Part shown: positions 27,555 to 37,128 of the stretch, one piece after another | Position numbering within the stretch: position 1 is the first letter of the stretch | Layout of the letters: each line of letters opens with the position of its first letter | Assembly: GCA_963771355.1 (NCBI GenBank) | Contig: CAVYTA010000007.1 | Span: 256,001-320,000 of the forward strand | Length of the DNA: 64,000 nucleotides | Source: an uncultured Candidatus Rokubacteria bacterium | Lineage (GTDB): Bacteria; Methylomirabilota; Methylomirabilia; Rokubacteriales; CSP1-6 | Direction: 5' to 3' | Notes under the pieces: model-generated | Databases searched by the model: none | Told to the model about the DNA's origin: nothing | The model's input: only the letters and a program-made list of their open reading frames with translations | Made by a program: the position numbers and the translations under genes

Positions 27555-29357
27555 GTGGCGCTGGCGGCGATGGCGCCGTTCCTGCCCGTGCTGGGCGCCG
27601 GCTTCGTCAACTGGGACGACGAGGCGCTGCTCGTCGCGGAGACCGGCTACCGGGCGCCGGGGGCTCTGCGCTGGGCGCTGGCCTCCACCGCCATGGGCCA
27701 CTGGAGCCCGCTCGCCTGGCTCTCCTTCGCCCTCGACTACCGGCTCGGCGGCCTCGATCCCCGCGTCTTTCACGCCACCAGCCTGACGTTGCATGGGCTC
27801 AACGCCGCCCTCTTCTATGGCCTGGCCCGGCGGCTCCTGGCCGCCGCCGGGCCGGAGCGCGCTGACCCGGTTCAGGCCTGGGGCGCCGCGCTCGCGGCGC
27901 TCGTCTTCGCCGTGCACCCGCTGCGGGCGGAGCCGGTGGCCTGGATCTCGGACCGTCGTGACCTGCTCTGTACGGCATTTCTGCTGCTGGCGCTCATCGC
28001 CTATGTTCGGGGCGTGCGCGCGGGGGGGCCGCTCGCGCCCGGCTGGGGGCTCGCGTCGCTGGCGGCCTTTGCGGGGGCGCTCGGCTCGAAAGGCATCGCC
28101 GTGGTGCTTCCGCTCCTCCTCCTCGTCCTCGACTGGTATCCGCTGGGCCGCGCCGGGCGAGGCTGGCGCGCGCTCGTGCGCGAGAAAGCTTCGTACGTGG
28201 CGGTGGCCCTAGCGGGCGCCGTCGTCACGTGGCTGGCGGTGTGGGCCGATGCCGCGCCCCTCGGCTATCGAGAGTACGGTCCCCTGGCACGCCTCGCGTT
28301 GGCGGGGCACGCGGCCTGGCAATTGCTCGTGCGGCACCTGTGGCCCGTCGGGCTCTCCCCGCTCTACGAGCTGCCCGCCGAAGTGCGGCTCCTGACCCCC
28401 CGCTTCCTGGTTCCGTTACTCGCCGTGGGCGCGCTCACCGCCACGCTGGTCCAGCTCCGTCACCGCTGGCCCGCCGGTCTCGCCGCCTGGCTGGCCTCGC
28501 TCATCGCGTTGGCCCCGGTGAGCGGCATCGTGCTGGCGGGCCGGCACGTGGGGGCCGATCGCTATACCTATCTGGCGGGTCTGGGACTGGCGCTTCTCGC
28601 CGGCGGGGGCGGGGTCCATCTCGTCGCGCGCCGATCCCCGACGGCGCGCCGGATCGCCGGCGTCGCCGCGGCGCTGCTTCTGGTGGGGCTGGGATCCCTC
28701 GCGTGGCAACAGACCCTTCACTGGCGCGACTCGGAGCGCCTGTGGCGTCGGGCGGTGGCGGTGGAGCCCGACTGCGCGTCCTGCCTCAACAACCTGGGCC
28801 GTGCCCTCATGCGCGCGGACAGCCGGCGGCCGGCCCGGGACGCCGAGGCGGAGGTGCTGTTCCGGCGGGCGCTCACGCTGCGACCGGATCAGCCCGGCCC
28901 CTATCTCAATCTGGGCGCGCTGCTCGTCGGCCTGGGACGGCATGGCGAGGCCGAGACCGTGTTCCGCGAGATCGCGAGACGCTGGCCGGCCCTGGCGGAC
29001 GGCCCCGCCGGCCTGGCGGCGGTGAGCCGCGCGCGCGGCGACGAGGTCGCGGCCGCGGCGCTGCTGCGACAGGCGCTCGTGCTGGATCCCGGTTTCACCG
29101 GGGCCCGGGTGGAGCTGGGCCGGCTGCTGAACAATCGCGGGGTCGCCGCCGCGCGGGCCGGCCGTCTCCGGGAGTCGGCCGCCTTGCTCCGGGAGTCGGT
29201 GGGGCTGCTCCGGGCCGACCCCGAGCCATTGCGCAATCTTCGACAGGTGCTTCGCGCCCTCCGCGCCGCGGGCGACGAGACGGCGGCGCTGCGCGAGCTC
29301 GAGGCCCTCCGCGCCCTGGATCCGGCGCTGGCCGAGTCGGCCGGGCGGGAGCTTTAA
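27555..29357 (+). CDS. TMTC-like GT-C glycosyltransferase with C-terminal TPRs (paralog 1); start uncertain
   Basis: FVNWDD, HWSPL, FAVHPLRAEPVAW..R.D, ADRYTYL, then TPR helices. Confidence 0.8.
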   Translation: MALAAMAPFLPVLGAGFVNWDDEALLVAETGYRAPGALRWALASTAMGHWSPLAWLSFALDYRLGGLDPRVFHATSLTLHGLNAALFYGLARRLLAAAGPERADPVQAWGAALAALVFAVHPLRAEPVAWISDRRDLLCTAFLLLALIAYVRGVRAGGPLAPGWGLASLAAFAGALGSKGIAVVLPLLLLVLDWYPLGRAGRGWRALVREKASYVAVALAGAVVTWLAVWADAAPLGYREYGPLARLALAGHAAWQLLVRHLWPVGLSPLYELPAEVRLLTPRFLVPLLAVGALTATLVQLRHRWPAGLAAWLASLIALAPVSGIVLAGRHVGADRYTYLAGLGLALLAGGGGVHLVARRSPTARRIAGVAAALLLVGLGSLAWQQTLHWRDSERLWRRAVAVEPDCASCLNNLGRALMRADSRRPARDAEAEVLFRRALTLRPDQPGPYLNLGALLVGLGRHGEAETVFREIARRWPALADGPAGLAAVSRARGDEVAAAALLRQALVLDPGFTGARVELGRLLNNRGVAAARAGRLRESAALLRESVGLLRADPEPLRNLRQVLRALRAAGDETAALRELEALRALDPALAESAGREL

Positions 29358-29476
29358 GGGGCCTCTTGTGTTCATCCGGGTTTCCTGATACGGAAAGCCC
29401 AGGCTGGCGCCCGCACCGGCTCCCCACGAGCTCGAGAACAACCGGCGGCACCCGGAACCCCCAAGGAGACCTAGCC

Positions 29477-29863
29477 ATGGCTCAGGTGAAGCAGCTCACC
29501 CTGACCGCGCTATCCAAGCCCGGGGTGCTCGCCAGGATCTGCGGGGTGCTCTCGGACGCTGGGGTCAACCTGGTGGCCATCTGCGCGGCGGATGGCGATG
29601 GCCGCAGCAAGCTCCGGATGCTGGTCTCCGACCCCGCCCGGGCCAAGCAGGCGCTGGCGGCCGCCAAGATCCGGTGCGGCGAGGAGCCCGCCCTGCTGCT
29701 CACCCTGGACGACAAGCCGGGGAGCCTCGGGCGCGTGGTCGCGCGCCTGGCCGCGGCGAAGATCAACATCAAGTGCACCTACGCCACCACCGGGGGCGGC
29801 GGCACCGCCCAGGTCGTCCTCGTCGTCCCCAATCCGGACAAGGCGGAACGGGCCCTGGCCTGA
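29477..29863 (+). CDS. tandem ACT-domain protein
   Basis: KPGVLA..AGVNL and DKPGSLG..AKINI; AAGGAG RBS. Confidence 0.85.
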   Translation: MAQVKQLTLTALSKPGVLARICGVLSDAGVNLVAICAADGDGRSKLRMLVSDPARAKQALAAAKIRCGEEPALLLTLDDKPGSLGRVVARLAAAKINIKCTYATTGGGGTAQVVLVVPNPDKAERALA

Positions 29864-29867
29864 GACC

Positions 29868-30065
29868 GTGCGACTGAAGCGAGAGGACGTCGAGCGGATG
29901 ATGTCGGAGCGCCCGGCGGGCACCGCTCTCGAGGAGGCGCTGGAGGTGTTCGAGGTGTTCGCCAGCGGGACCCTGGCCGATGAGGTCTACATTCTCGACG
30001 ATGTGAGCGGCAAGCGCATCGCCATCGCGCCGGCGGCGCTGAAGGCGAAGTACAGAAAGGAGTGA
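29868..30065 (+). CDS. small hypothetical protein (65 aa)
   Basis: fills the gap between operon genes with typical codon bias. Confidence 0.6.
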   Translation: MRLKREDVERMMSERPAGTALEEALEVFEVFASGTLADEVYILDDVSGKRIAIAPAALKAKYRKE

Positions 30066-30071
30066 CCCCCC

Positions 30072-30899
30072 ATGGCCATCATCGTCATCTCCCATGAGAT
30101 CGGAGCGGGCGGTCCCGAGATCGGGCAAGCCCTCGGGGAGCGGCTCGGGTACCGGTGCGTCGGGCAAGATCTGATCGTCGACGTCGCGCGCCGCTACGGG
30201 CTCCTCGAGGAGAAGCTGTCGCATCTGGACGAGGCCAAGCCCTCGCTGTTCGAGCGCTTCGACGCAGAGACCCGACGGTACATCACCGTGATCCAGACCG
30301 CGCTCTACGAGTTCGCCGAGCACGACAACGTGATCCTGCTCGGCCGGGGCGGGCAGTGGCTCCTGCGGGGTATCCCTCACGTGCTGCGCGTGCGGGTGAT
30401 GGCGCCCTTCGACCTGCGCGTGAAGCGGCTGGGCAAGAAGATGGCCGGCCAGATGGGCGAGCAGACCAATCAGCGCACCGTCACCGACATGGTGCGACGG
30501 GACGACATGGAGAAGATCGGCCGGATGCGCTACCTCTACGAGGTGGACATCCGCGATCCCGCCCTCTACGACGTGGTCATCAACACCGAGAAGCTCCCCC
30601 ACGACTCCGCGGTGGAGGTGATCGCGGGCCTGGTGCGGCGACCAGAGATGGCCACCGGCGACGCGGGCTCCCGTCTGGTCTCCGACCGCGCGCTCGCCTC
30701 GCGCGTGCAGGTGGCCCTCGCCACCCACCCGGAGACGCGGAAGTACCGCACCACGGTGGAAGCCAAGGACGGCGTGGTGACCCTCGAGGGGACGGCCGCC
30801 CTCGAGGACGCGGTGGAAGTGGCCCGCGGCGTGACCGGCGTGCGCGAGGTGCGCACGCAGCAAGTGGAGATTCCCCCGATCCCGCCGTTCGTGGCGTAG
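30072..30899 (+). CDS. cytidylate kinase-like family protein with C-terminal BON domain
   Basis: ISHEIGAGG, ILLGRGG, YDVVINT; DRALASRVQ..DGVVTLEG..GVREV. Confidence 0.8.
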   Translation: MAIIVISHEIGAGGPEIGQALGERLGYRCVGQDLIVDVARRYGLLEEKLSHLDEAKPSLFERFDAETRRYITVIQTALYEFAEHDNVILLGRGGQWLLRGIPHVLRVRVMAPFDLRVKRLGKKMAGQMGEQTNQRTVTDMVRRDDMEKIGRMRYLYEVDIRDPALYDVVINTEKLPHDSAVEVIAGLVRRPEMATGDAGSRLVSDRALASRVQVALATHPETRKYRTTVEAKDGVVTLEGTAALEDAVEVARGVTGVREVRTQQVEIPPIPPFVA

Positions 30900-30959
30900 G
30901 CGCGCCCGGGCGGGTTCGCCCCGTCGCCATTCCAACCGTTCAGCCGCCGGCGGAGAAGG

Positions 30960-32147
30960 TCAGCCGCCGGTCGAGGGGCGGTCGGAGCGGGAGCGGTCCT
31001 CGGGGATCTCGCCCACCGTCGCCGTGACGGTCACCTTCTGCTTCTTGCGCCAGACCTCGAGGGTCACCGGCTTGCCCACGGGGGTCTCCGCCACCAGCCG
31101 CTGGAACTGGTGGAAGTCCTCTACCGGCGTCTTCTCGTAAGACAAGATCACGTCGCCCTGGACGAGTCCCGCCTTCGCGGCCGGGCTCCCGGGAATGGTC
31201 GAGGCGACGAGCGCGCCTTCGTTGCGGGGCAGCCCGAGGGACTGCACCAGCTCCTTCGAGAGCGGCTGAAGCGCCACGCCGAGCCAGCCGCGCACCACCT
31301 TGCCCTTCTCCACCAGTTGATCCACCACGCGCTTCACCATGTTCACCGGGATGGCGAACCCGATGCCCTGGCCCGCCGCGACGATGGCGGTATTGATGCC
31401 GATCACCTGGCCCTTGAGATTGATGAGCGGGCCGCCGGAATTGCCCGGGTTGATCGAGGCATCGGTCTGGATGAAGTTCTCGTAGGTGGCCACGCCCACG
31501 TCGGAGCGGCCGGTGGCGCTGATGACCCCCACCGTCACCGTCTGGTCGAGCCCGAAGGGATTGCCGATGGCGATGGCCCACTCGCCGACCTTGAGGGCGT
31601 CCGAGTCGCCCAGCGCGGCCACCCGCAGCTCGTGCCCGGGGTCGAAGCGGACGAGGGCGAGGTCGGTCTTGGGATCCACGCCCAGCACCTTGCCCCGATA
31701 CTCCTTCTTGTCCGACAGCCGCACCGAGATCTCGTCGGCGCCCTTGATCACGTGGAAGTTGGTGAGGACGAGTCCCCGCTTGTCGATGATGACGCCCGAC
31801 CCGAGGCTGGGCTGGCGGAACTCCGGCCGCTGTCCGGGAGTGTCCGTGCCGAAGAACTGCTTGAAGAAGTCCTGGAGGAACGGATCGTCGCCGGGCTGAG
31901 GGGCGATCGGCCGGCGGGCCTTGGAGCGGTGCACGGTGCCGATATTCACCACCGCGGGCCCGAGCTGCTGCGCCACGCCCACGAAGGTGGCCTGCAGCGT
32001 CTCGGGCAAGGCAGGGCCCGCTACCGCGCGCGCGGCTGACGGCACGGGCGTTCCGGCGGTGATGCGATCCCGGACGAGGTAGCCGGTGAGGGCAGACGCC
32101 AGCACCAGGATGAAGCCGATGAGTCCACCGAGGAGGGCGCGGTTCAT
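30960..32147 (-). CDS. HtrA/DegP family serine protease (one PDZ)
   Basis: LTNFHV, KTDLA, INPGNSGGPL, GIGFAIP, PDZ. Confidence 0.92.
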   Translation of the reverse strand: MNRALLGGLIGFILVLASALTGYLVRDRITAGTPVPSAARAVAGPALPETLQATFVGVAQQLGPAVVNIGTVHRSKARRPIAPQPGDDPFLQDFFKQFFGTDTPGQRPEFRQPSLGSGVIIDKRGLVLTNFHVIKGADEISVRLSDKKEYRGKVLGVDPKTDLALVRFDPGHELRVAALGDSDALKVGEWAIAIGNPFGLDQTVTVGVISATGRSDVGVATYENFIQTDASINPGNSGGPLINLKGQVIGINTAIVAAGQGIGFAIPVNMVKRVVDQLVEKGKVVRGWLGVALQPLSKELVQSLGLPRNEGALVASTIPGSPAAKAGLVQGDVILSYEKTPVEDFHQFQRLVAETPVGKPVTLEVWRKKQKVTVTATVGEIPEDRSRSDRPSTGG

Positions 32148-32168
32148 GTCACTGGCTGCGGGTGGGCG

Positions 32169-32198
32169 ATGATACTCACCGCCCGCGCGGGGTGTCAA
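32169..32198 (-). promoter_or_regulatory. putative sigma-70 promoter of htrA
   Basis: TTGACA-N18-TATCAT on the minus strand. Confidence 0.55.
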
Positions 32199-32339
32199 GC
32201 AACGCCCCCCATCGTCTCGCTCGACGATTTTTGAAGTCAGCACCCCAAATTGTGGCTGCCGGCGACTTCACGCCTGGCGGAGCAATGTCCAACTGAATGA
32301 TTTCCCTGGATTATTTCAGGTCGAATAAGCTTCGATGAC

Positions 32340-32355
32340 GGGCATGGCACTTGCT
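32340..32355 (+). promoter_or_regulatory. sigma-54 promoter of major pilin
   Basis: GGGCATGGCACTTGCT: GG-N10-GC, preceded by an AT-rich tract. Confidence 0.7.
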
Positions 32356-32438
32356 AGCATTGAGGACCGTACAGGTCGGCGACGCAGCTTGCGTACCGAC
32401 CGAACTTATAAACCTAATTGAATGTGGGAGGATCGATG

Positions 32439-32936
32439 ATGTTCACCTCAATGATGAAGGCGTTTCGCAGGACGGGGCGCGAGGAGGGATTCACCCTCGT
32501 CGAGCTTCTGATCGTGATCCTCATCGTCGGCATTCTCGCGGCGGTGGCAATTCCTCTGTACCTGGGGTACACGAAGGATGCCAAGCTGGCTGAAGGCAAG
32601 GCGCTCCTGGGCTCGGTGATGACGGCACTGCAGGGATGCGTGCAGGCCAAGGGCTCCGGGCAGAGCTGCTCGGTCAGCGAGATCGTCAATCGCGTCGGTG
32701 TCAGCACGGCCGGCGTGACGGGCGATGGGCGGTGGACGGTGACGACCTCGGGGAGCCTCGCGGTGTCCTCGACCTCGCCGCCGACCTTCAGCGGTACCAT
32801 TCAGGCGGTCGGCACGGGTGCCGACACGGCCGCGCTCTCGCTGGGCATGTTCCCGACCACGACCGGTGTCTTCCTCCGTTGCAACTCCTCCAGCAGCACG
32901 CCGCCGTCGGGTCCCACCGCCGGCGAGCCCTGCTAG
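32439..32936 (+). CDS. pilA: type IVa major pilin
   Basis: REEG|FTLVELLIVILIVGILAAVAIP class III signal; GGGAGG RBS; four Cys. Confidence 0.9.
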   Translation: MFTSMMKAFRRTGREEGFTLVELLIVILIVGILAAVAIPLYLGYTKDAKLAEGKALLGSVMTALQGCVQAKGSGQSCSVSEIVNRVGVSTAGVTGDGRWTVTTSGSLAVSSTSPPTFSGTIQAVGTGADTAALSLGMFPTTTGVFLRCNSSSSTPPSGPTAGEPC

Positions 32937-32955
32937 CCGAATTTCGTCGCAGCAC

Positions 32956-32988
32956 CCGGGGGTGACGGGGATGACCCGCCACCCCCGG
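32956..32988 (+). terminator. GC-rich stem-loop after pilin
   Basis: CCGGGGGTGACGGG/GATGA/CCCGCCACCCCCGG, 13 of 14 pairs; no clear U-tract. Confidence 0.55.
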
Positions 32989-33014
32989 CGTCATTCCCCC
33001 TCCTCTCGTCACCC

Positions 33015-34982
33015 ATGACCCCGCCCGGCACCGCCCCGATCGTCCGTGGCTTTCCGCGCTGGATCGACGGCACCCTCGTCATCCTCGCGGCGGTCGCCGC
33101 GTTTCTCCCCGGCATATTCGGCGGCTTCCTCGGCTGGGACGACGATCAGAACTTTCTCGAGAATCCCGGCTATCGGGGCCTGGGTCCCCGCCAGCTCGGG
33201 TGGATGCTCACCACCTTCCACATGGGGCACTGGAAGCCGCTCACCTGGCTCACCCATGGCGTGGACTGGGCGCTGTGGGGGATGCACCCGCTCGGCTACA
33301 AGGCGGGGAGCATCGCGCTGCACGTCGCCGCCACCCTGGCGTTTCTCGCGCTGGCGCGTCGGCTCCTGCGCCTGGCGCAGCCGGGGTACCCGCTCGACGC
33401 GGTGCGAGCGGGAGCTCTCGGCGCCGCGCTGCTCTTTGCCGTGCATCCGTTGCGCGTGGAGCCGGTGGCCTGGCTGAGCGCGCGCGGCGATCTCGTGGCC
33501 GGGCTCGTCGCATTCCTCAGCGTGCTGGCATATCTCCGGGGGACGCGGGCCGGGTACTGGATGTCCGTCGGCCTGTTCGCGGTGGCGCTCACGGGGAAAT
33601 CCATGCCCGTGACCCTGCCGCTCGTGCTCCTCGTCCTCGATGTCTACCCGCTCCGCCGGCTCGGCCCCTTCGCGGAAGGCGGCCCGTCCATCGGCGGCTG
33701 GTGGAATCCGCCGGCCCGGCGGATCTATCTCGAGAAGGCGCCTTTCCTCGTCCTGTCCGCCGCGGCCACCATCATGGCTGTCCTCGCGCGGATCGAGTTC
33801 GGAAGCCTCGCCGAGGTCAACGAGGTGGGGTGGGGCGCGCGCCTGGCTGCCAGCGTGTACGCGCTTGCCTTCCCCCTCTGGAAGATGGTGATCCCCGTAG
33901 GTCTCTCGCCTCTCTACGACCTCCGGGCGGCGCTGGGCCGCGGCCCCTGGCCCTTCGTCATGGCCGGCACGGCCGTCGCCGGGCTCACCGCGCTGGCGGT
34001 GGCGCGCGCCCGCCGCTGGCCGGCCTTCGCGGCGGTGTGGGCGTCCTACGTGATCATGCTGCTGCCGGTGTCGGGCCTCGTCCAGAACGGCCCTCAGATC
34101 GCAGCGGACCGCTATACCTATCTGGCCGGCGGAGGCTGGGCGCTGCTCGCCGGCGGTGGGCTCGCCTGGTGCGCCGCGCACGTGACGGCCCGCTCGCCGC
34201 GCGCCGCGCTCGCGCGGGGCGTGCTGGGTCTCATGGTGGCCGCCACGCTCGTCCTGGTGAGCGCAAGCGCGTGGCAGGCCCTCATCTGGCACAACTCGGT
34301 CACGCTCTGGTCGCGCGTGGTGGAGCTGGAGCCGGACGGCGCCATCGCGCGGACCGGGCTCGGCACCGCGCTGCTGGCCGACGGCCGGCCGCTCGAGGCC
34401 GCGGCCCACTACCGCCGCGCGCTGGAGATCTTCCCGCGGCTGCCCGAGGCGAATCTCGGGCTGGCTCTGATCCTGGCCGGCGAGGGCCGGGGCGCGGAGG
34501 CGCTGCTCCACGGGCGCCAGGCGGTGGCGCGTCAGCCGCAGCGGGCGGGATTCCGGATGGTGTTCGCCGAGATCCTCTGGGGCGCGGACCGGCGCGAGGA
34601 GTCGCTCGCCGAGCTGCGCGAAGGCGCGCGGCTGGCCCCCGCTGTCCCGCTCTTTCCCTACCTGCTCGCGGTCAAGCTCGCCCGGATGGGACGGGGACCG
34701 GAGGCCATCGCCGCGCTCGAGGAGGGCCGCCGGCTCGAGCGCGCCGCGTACCTCTCGGGTCTCGAGGGCGATCGATTCACGGCGCTGGTGTACGAGTCGA
34801 TCGATCCCCCCACCGCCGTGGCCGCCTGGCAGCGCTACGTGATCGCGCTGAGCCGGGTGCCGCGGCCGACGGCGCTGCAGCTCAGCCAGCTTGCGTATGG
34901 TATCGCCGCGCTCGACGCGCTCACGAAGAGCTCGGCGCCGCCCCGGGCGCTCCCCCCGGCGCCCTCAGGGACCTCTCGGTAG
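33015..34982 (+). CDS. TMTC-like GT-C glycosyltransferase with TPRs (paralog 2)
   Basis: FLGWDD, HWKPLTW, FAVHPLRVEPVAW, AADRYTYL, TPRs. Confidence 0.82.
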   Translation: MTPPGTAPIVRGFPRWIDGTLVILAAVAAFLPGIFGGFLGWDDDQNFLENPGYRGLGPRQLGWMLTTFHMGHWKPLTWLTHGVDWALWGMHPLGYKAGSIALHVAATLAFLALARRLLRLAQPGYPLDAVRAGALGAALLFAVHPLRVEPVAWLSARGDLVAGLVAFLSVLAYLRGTRAGYWMSVGLFAVALTGKSMPVTLPLVLLVLDVYPLRRLGPFAEGGPSIGGWWNPPARRIYLEKAPFLVLSAAATIMAVLARIEFGSLAEVNEVGWGARLAASVYALAFPLWKMVIPVGLSPLYDLRAALGRGPWPFVMAGTAVAGLTALAVARARRWPAFAAVWASYVIMLLPVSGLVQNGPQIAADRYTYLAGGGWALLAGGGLAWCAAHVTARSPRAALARGVLGLMVAATLVLVSASAWQALIWHNSVTLWSRVVELEPDGAIARTGLGTALLADGRPLEAAAHYRRALEIFPRLPEANLGLALILAGEGRGAEALLHGRQAVARQPQRAGFRMVFAEILWGADRREESLAELREGARLAPAVPLFPYLLAVKLARMGRGPEAIAALEEGRRLERAAYLSGLEGDRFTALVYESIDPPTAVAAWQRYVIALSRVPRPTALQLSQLAYGIAALDALTKSSAPPRALPPAPSGTSR

Positions 34983-35089
34983 GGCAACTCGCCACCACCT
35001 CGGGCGCAGCTCCACGTGCTCTCCGATACGCCGCAGCGGCCGTCACGCCGCCGACCCAGCGCAACCGGCGGGCGGGCGGGGAGCCACGC

Positions 35090-37069
35090 TCAGCTCGGCT
35101 CCGCCGCGCAGCCGTCCAGCTCGACCGGCCGTACGCCCAGCGCGGCCGCGGCACGCCGCGCATTGGCACAGGCGTCGGTCGCGCGCGGCACCAGGCGCAG
35201 CGCGTGGACGAAGGCGTCCATGGCCTCCGCGTAGCGGCCGCGCGCTGCGTAGGTGACGCCGAGGTTGTTCCAGGCGGCCGCGAGCTGCGGATCGAGCCGG
35301 ACGGCGAGCCGGTACAGCTCCTCCGCCTCGGCATCGCCCCGATACTGCTGGAGCAGCACGGCGAGCAGGAAGGCCAGACGGGCCCGCGCGTCCGGGATCT
35401 CCTCTGGCACCGCCAGGATCGCCGCGCGCAGCTCCCAGACGTGATAGCGGGACCAGACCGACGCGCGCTCGACCGCGGCGGCGAGCGCGGCCGCGGCCTC
35501 GCTGCGCGCGCCGTGGGCCTGTAGCAGCGTGCCCAGACGGATCCAGGCCACGGGGTGGTCGGGGTCCAAGGTGAGCGCCTCGCGAAGGCGGCGCTCCGCC
35601 TCCACGGGCCGCCCGGCCTGCTGCTCCACGAGGCCGACGTGCAGGACGAACTGGGCGCGCAGCGCCGGCAGGGTGACGGGCACCCGCGCGAGCGAGGCCT
35701 CGAAGTGCGCGCGGGCCTCGTCGAAGCGGCGGGCCTCGGCCAGCGCCCAGCCGAGGTAGAAGAGCGGGACGTCGCTGTCCGGGTCCGCCCAGGCGGCATG
35801 GCGCCAGAGCGCCACGGAGTCGTGCCAGACCGCGAGCTGTCGCTGCGTGAGGAGGCCGAGCCCGACGAGCAGCAGGAGCGTGGCGACCAGCGCGAGGCGG
35901 CCGAGGCGTGTGGTCAGTCGCCCGGCGCGCCAGGCGCGCCACCCCCAGGGCAGCCCCGCGCCCGCCACGATCGCCCAGCCGATCAAGGGCAGGTAGGAGT
36001 AGCGATCGGCCGCGATCTGCGGGCCGTTCGGCAAGATGCCCGCCGCGGGAATGAGCAAGGCGACATAGGCCACCCAGGCCGTGAGGCCCGCCGGCCAACG
36101 GCGGCGCAGGGCCATCAGGGCCACGGTGAGCGCGAGCGTGACCGCGCCCGGCACGAGGTAGCGGGCGGTGAGGGGCTCGACGGGATGGTAGAGGGTGTAG
36201 AGCGGTGACAGGGGCCACGGCCACAGCGTCTTGCCCAGATAGAACGCGAGGCCGTAGCCGGTGAGCGCCAGCCGCGGGGGAAGGCTGGCCGCCTCCACGG
36301 GCGCGAGGATGCCCCGGCCGAAGGCGATCGCCAGCATGATCCCCGCCGCGGCGACGGCCACCACCACGAAGGGGAGCTTCTCGACGAGTACGGGGACGAG
36401 GGTCCGCCGGGAGAGCCGTCGCAGCGGATAGATGTCGAGGGCCAGCAGGACAATCGGCAAACCCACCACGATGGACTTGGCGAACGCGGCCAGGAGGAAG
36501 GCCCCCGCCGAGGCAGCCAGCCAGCCCGCGTGCGCCCGGCCCGATGGCCCTGCGCGCCGCGCCGCGGTCAGGTAGGCGAGGACGGAGACCAGAGCGAAGC
36601 ATCCGCTCACCACATCGCGGCGCTCGGTGACCCACGCCACCGATTCCACGCGCAGCGGGTGCAGCGCGAAGAGGAGCGCGGCGGAGGCGGCGCCGAGGTG
36701 AAGGGGGAATCGATCGTCGTCACGGATGGGGGCGAAGCCGAGCGCGAGGAGCTGGAGGGCCACGGCATAGACCAGCACCGCGTTGGTGGCGTGGAACATG
36801 AGGGAGGTCAGATGGTAGCCCGCCGGATTCATGCCCCAGAGGGCATGGTCCAGGCCCAGGGTCAGCCACGTCACCGGGATGTAGTGCCCCATGTGGACGG
36901 CGGTGAGCATCCACCGGAGCTCGGCCGCGCCGAGGCCGCGATAGTGCGGGTTGCCCAGGAAGTTCTCGGCGTCGTCCCAGTTGAGGAAGTCCGCGTCGAG
37001 GGCGGGCAGGAAGGCAGCGAGAGCCCCCGCGAAGACCAGGACGGGAAGGCTTCTCACGAGCGCGCGCAC
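35090..37069 (-). CDS. TMTC-like GT-C glycosyltransferase with TPRs (paralog 3)
   Basis: FLNWDD, HYIPVTW, FALHPLRVESVAWVTERRD, AADRYSYL, AWNNLG. Confidence 0.85.
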   Translation of the reverse strand: MRALVRSLPVLVFAGALAAFLPALDADFLNWDDAENFLGNPHYRGLGAAELRWMLTAVHMGHYIPVTWLTLGLDHALWGMNPAGYHLTSLMFHATNAVLVYAVALQLLALGFAPIRDDDRFPLHLGAASAALLFALHPLRVESVAWVTERRDVVSGCFALVSVLAYLTAARRAGPSGRAHAGWLAASAGAFLLAAFAKSIVVGLPIVLLALDIYPLRRLSRRTLVPVLVEKLPFVVVAVAAAGIMLAIAFGRGILAPVEAASLPPRLALTGYGLAFYLGKTLWPWPLSPLYTLYHPVEPLTARYLVPGAVTLALTVALMALRRRWPAGLTAWVAYVALLIPAAGILPNGPQIAADRYSYLPLIGWAIVAGAGLPWGWRAWRAGRLTTRLGRLALVATLLLLVGLGLLTQRQLAVWHDSVALWRHAAWADPDSDVPLFYLGWALAEARRFDEARAHFEASLARVPVTLPALRAQFVLHVGLVEQQAGRPVEAERRLREALTLDPDHPVAWIRLGTLLQAHGARSEAAAALAAAVERASVWSRYHVWELRAAILAVPEEIPDARARLAFLLAVLLQQYRGDAEAEELYRLAVRLDPQLAAAWNNLGVTYAARGRYAEAMDAFVHALRLVPRATDACANARRAAAALGVRPVELDGCAAEPS

Positions 37070-37090
37070 GACGATCCTATTTTAACGTTG

Positions 37091-37119
37091 TTGACCCTTC
37101 CCGCGCCGGGCGTTAAGAT
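37091..37119 (+). promoter_or_regulatory. putative sigma-70 promoter
   Basis: TTGACC-N17-TAAGAT. Confidence 0.6.
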
Positions 37120-37128
37120 TCCGCCAGG

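Noticed and set aside
29378..29400. Hairpin GGGTTTCC-N6-GGAAAGCCC upstream of the ACT gene as a riboswitch
   Set aside because: No recognisable aptamer consensus; could be a simple terminator or chance.
32439..32936. Electrically conductive (e-pilin) candidate because of F1/Y24/Y27
   Set aside because: It is a long pilin with only about 7 aromatics in 148 residues.
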